DNA of 64,000 nucleotides from Candidatus Enterousia sp. (GTDB lineage Bacteria; Pseudomonadota; Alphaproteobacteria; Rs-D84): NCBI GenBank assembly GCA_045613315.1, contig JAZLAV010000018.1, positions 33,975 to 97,974 of the forward strand, read 5' to 3'. Shown piece by piece: positions 62,410 to 64,000 of this stretch (position 1 is its first letter; each line of letters starts with the position of its first letter). The notes under the pieces were generated by a model. It saw only the letters and a program-made list of their open reading frames with translations, ran no database searches and was not told where the DNA came from. The position numbers and the translations under genes were made by a program.

Positions 62410-64000
62410 ATGGCTGAAGAATTTATAGAATTAAATCGCTCTTATCGTAGTATAGAATATAGAATAGAATCACCGAAGATGTTGTCAGAATTATTACTAG
62501 ACGATTCTTGTAATATAATTGTTATAATTGGAGATAAGGGGAGTGGTAAGACAACAGAGTTAAAACAATTTTATTGTAAAAATAAAAATAATACAGTGTG
62601 GGGGCATTTAAACGATGTTGTGAATGCAAAAGATAGATTTCAAGACCAAATATTCAGATTGTTTTCTGGTGATGTAGCAAGTTATAACATTTTGTTAGAT
62701 TCTATAGATGAATGTCGTATGTTAGACAATGCCCAAGATGCATTTAAAGTTGCTCTTGATAATTTGTGTGAAGTATTGGGAAAATTTCCAGAAAAATTGA
62801 AGTATACAAAAATATTATTTACTTGCCGAGGAAGTGATTGGCGTGGCAATTTGGGGTGGTATACAGAAAAGCAATACGAAGGTGATTTAGATGCAAAACT
62901 TATAAATGAAAGTTTTAATAATTTATTTGTACCAGAAAACGAAGCAAATTCTGTTGATGACAAACAAAACTTTGTTCCAAAAATAAAAATATTTCATTTA
63001 GAAGATTTGTCGGAAGAACAGAAAAAGATTATAGCAAAAAATTATGGTTTGAATGGAAAGAGCTTAACAAATAATTTATTTAATCAATTTACTAATACAC
63101 CGCTTGAATGCATACAGTTAGTAGTATTCCTTAAACAACACTCGATAACCAATTATGATATGGATGAATTTTTCCTGTATCAGTTAAGATACAGATATAG
63201 AGAGTTGAACAATCATAGAACTTCAAATATGCCAATAAAATTAATAGAAAAAATGGCTAAGAGGTTAGCTGTATCCACTTTGTTTAAACAGACTCTTTCG
63301 ATCAGTAAAAAAGAGAGTTATGGATCTTTCGCAACACAAGACAGTGTTTCTGTTTTAGAATTATTTCCTGAAGAAGATCATCAAACAATAAAAGACTTTA
63401 TAAGTTCTACAATATTTTCTTCAAATGGGTTAAATAGAGTTAAATTTTGGAATGAAACGGCTAGAGATTACCTGGCTTATTTATGGTTAAAAGAAAGAAT
63501 TGCTAACGGAAAATATAGAGATGTTGTACAACACCTTTTCATAAACGGTCATCCTAAAGAACAATTTATTCCAGCACTGATTGCTTTGAGCAATAGTGAA
63601 CCAAAAATTCATAAACTTTTAATAAAAAATCATCCAGAAGCATTTATAATCAATTCTCACCTTTGTCCAAATTTGCCGTCTCGGGATAAAGAAAATATTA
63701 TAAACGATATTTTACAAAAATATGAACACCGTATACGTTGGATGTCTGGATGGGGGCAAAGGTTATTCGTGGCAAACTTTGCTAATAACATCGGGGTAGA
63801 TTTTTTGCTACACAAATTGAATCATATTGATAAATCTTCGGAAGATAAACGTTTATTTGTGCTTGAACTTATGAATGGGATACAACCCCAAAATTTAATT
63901 GCTACAGAAGAAAAAAAATTAAAAAAATTTTTGTATAAAATCATTGATACGGATACAAGTTATTTACAGTCTTATGCCTTAGAAATACTAACAAAATTTA
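62410..64000 (+). CDS. P-loop NTPase (AAA+/STAND-like), 5' part of at least 530 aa, continues past window end
   Basis: Hand translation from the ATG at 62410 is open through position 64000, checked line by line. Walker A is IIVIIGDKGSGKTTEL and a Walker-B-like NILLDSIDE lies about 55 aa later. Very AT-rich. The gene is missing from the ORF track because it has no stop inside the window. Confidence 0.7.
   Translation, partial: MAEEFIELNRSYRSIEYRIESPKMLSELLLDDSCNIIVIIGDKGSGKTTELKQFYCKNKNNTVWGHLNDVVNAKDRFQDQIFRLFSGDVASYNILLDSIDECRMLDNAQDAFKVALDNLCEVLGKFPEKLKYTKILFTCRGSDWRGNLGWYTEKQYEGDLDAKLINESFNNLFVPENEANSVDDKQNFVPKIKIFHLEDLSEEQKKIIAKNYGLNGKSLTNNLFNQFTNTPLECIQLVVFLKQHSITNYDMDEFFLYQLRYRYRELNNHRTSNMPIKLIEKMAKRLAVSTLFKQTLSISKKESYGSFATQDSVSVLELFPEEDHQTIKDFISSTIFSSNGLNRVKFWNETARDYLAYLWLKERIANGKYRDVVQHLFINGHPKEQFIPALIALSNSEPKIHKLLIKNHPEAFIINSHLCPNLPSRDKENIINDILQKYEHRIRWMSGWGQRLFVANFANNIGVDFLLHKLNHIDKSSEDKRLFVLELMNGIQPQNLIATEEKKLKKFLYKIIDTDTSYLQSYALEILTKF

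Larger units (their letters stand above)
58753..64000. mobile_element. integrative element at tRNA-Ser 3' end (serine-recombinase type), extends beyond window
   Basis: tRNA-Ser is immediately followed by an HNH nuclease, an acidic hypothetical, a large serine recombinase, and a DUF2924-like partner (all on the minus strand), then an AT-rich cargo NTPase gene. The far attachment site was not found within the window. Confidence 0.55.

Noticed and set aside
62682-62963. 93-aa minus-strand ORF
   Set aside because: It lies entirely inside, and antisense to, the long plus-strand NTPase ORF.
1-64000. CRISPR arrays, rRNA genes, IS/transposase genes
   Set aside because: No direct-repeat or spacer periodicity, no rRNA-like conserved stretches, and no DDE-transposase or IS inverted repeats were seen. 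The only recombinase is the serine integrase at 60081-61700.

Overview
This 64 kb window reads as a low-GC Gram-negative chromosome. The gene content (VirB8/9/10, ornithine-lipid genes, Lgt/LspA, several beta-barrel OMPs, a 1378-aa RpoB) fits an alphaproteobacterial, possibly intracellular Rickettsiales/Holosporales-like lineage; this is inference, not proven. The housekeeping backbone is dense: rsmA' (3' end only), a kefB-like antiporter, lspA, yidC, then tRNA-Trp, secE, nusG, rplK, rplA, rplJ, rplL, rpoB, rpoC, followed by a HAD-IIIA phosphatase, rpmF, plsX, ihfA, tRNA-Arg(CCU), mraZ, hemW, an M13 peptidase, mltB, olsB-olsA, proS, ldh, cvpA, a U32 peptidase, glyQS, a 2x[4Fe-4S] ferredoxin, a BI-1/YccA protein, lgt, and tRNA-Thr and tRNA-Ser. 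The interesting parts are embedded accessory modules. (1) A three-gene virB8-virB9-virB10 type IV secretion core sits immediately upstream of tRNA-Trp; its VirB9 carries a C-terminal SPOR-like domain and its VirB10 a Cys-rich C-terminal extension. (2) Next to tRNA-Thr, an EcoRI-methylase-family N6-adenine MTase is translationally coupled to a DUF262(DGQQR)+HNH nuclease, preceded by a roughly 640 bp GC-rich palindrome-dense non-coding island. This is the best candidate for an undescribed restriction/defence module. (3) An integrative element lies at tRNA-Ser: an HNH nuclease, a large serine recombinase, a DUF2924-like partner, and a very AT-rich P-loop NTPase of at least 530 aa that runs off the window and is absent from the ORF track. 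(4) A phage tail-fibre-like small protein converges on three AT-rich glycosyltransferases. (5) A poly(A)10 tract at the stop codon of a periplasmic CPHC thioredoxin-like gene would, with a -1 slip, fuse the protein to a GG-TM-KK membrane anchor. (6) There are several large secreted Cys/Gly-rich proteins of unknown function, MITE-like palindromic repeats, and recurring CA-rich motifs. Two short real genes, rpmF and the ferredoxin, are missing from the ORF track. All coordinates were derived by hand from the sequence and may be off by one to three nucleotides.
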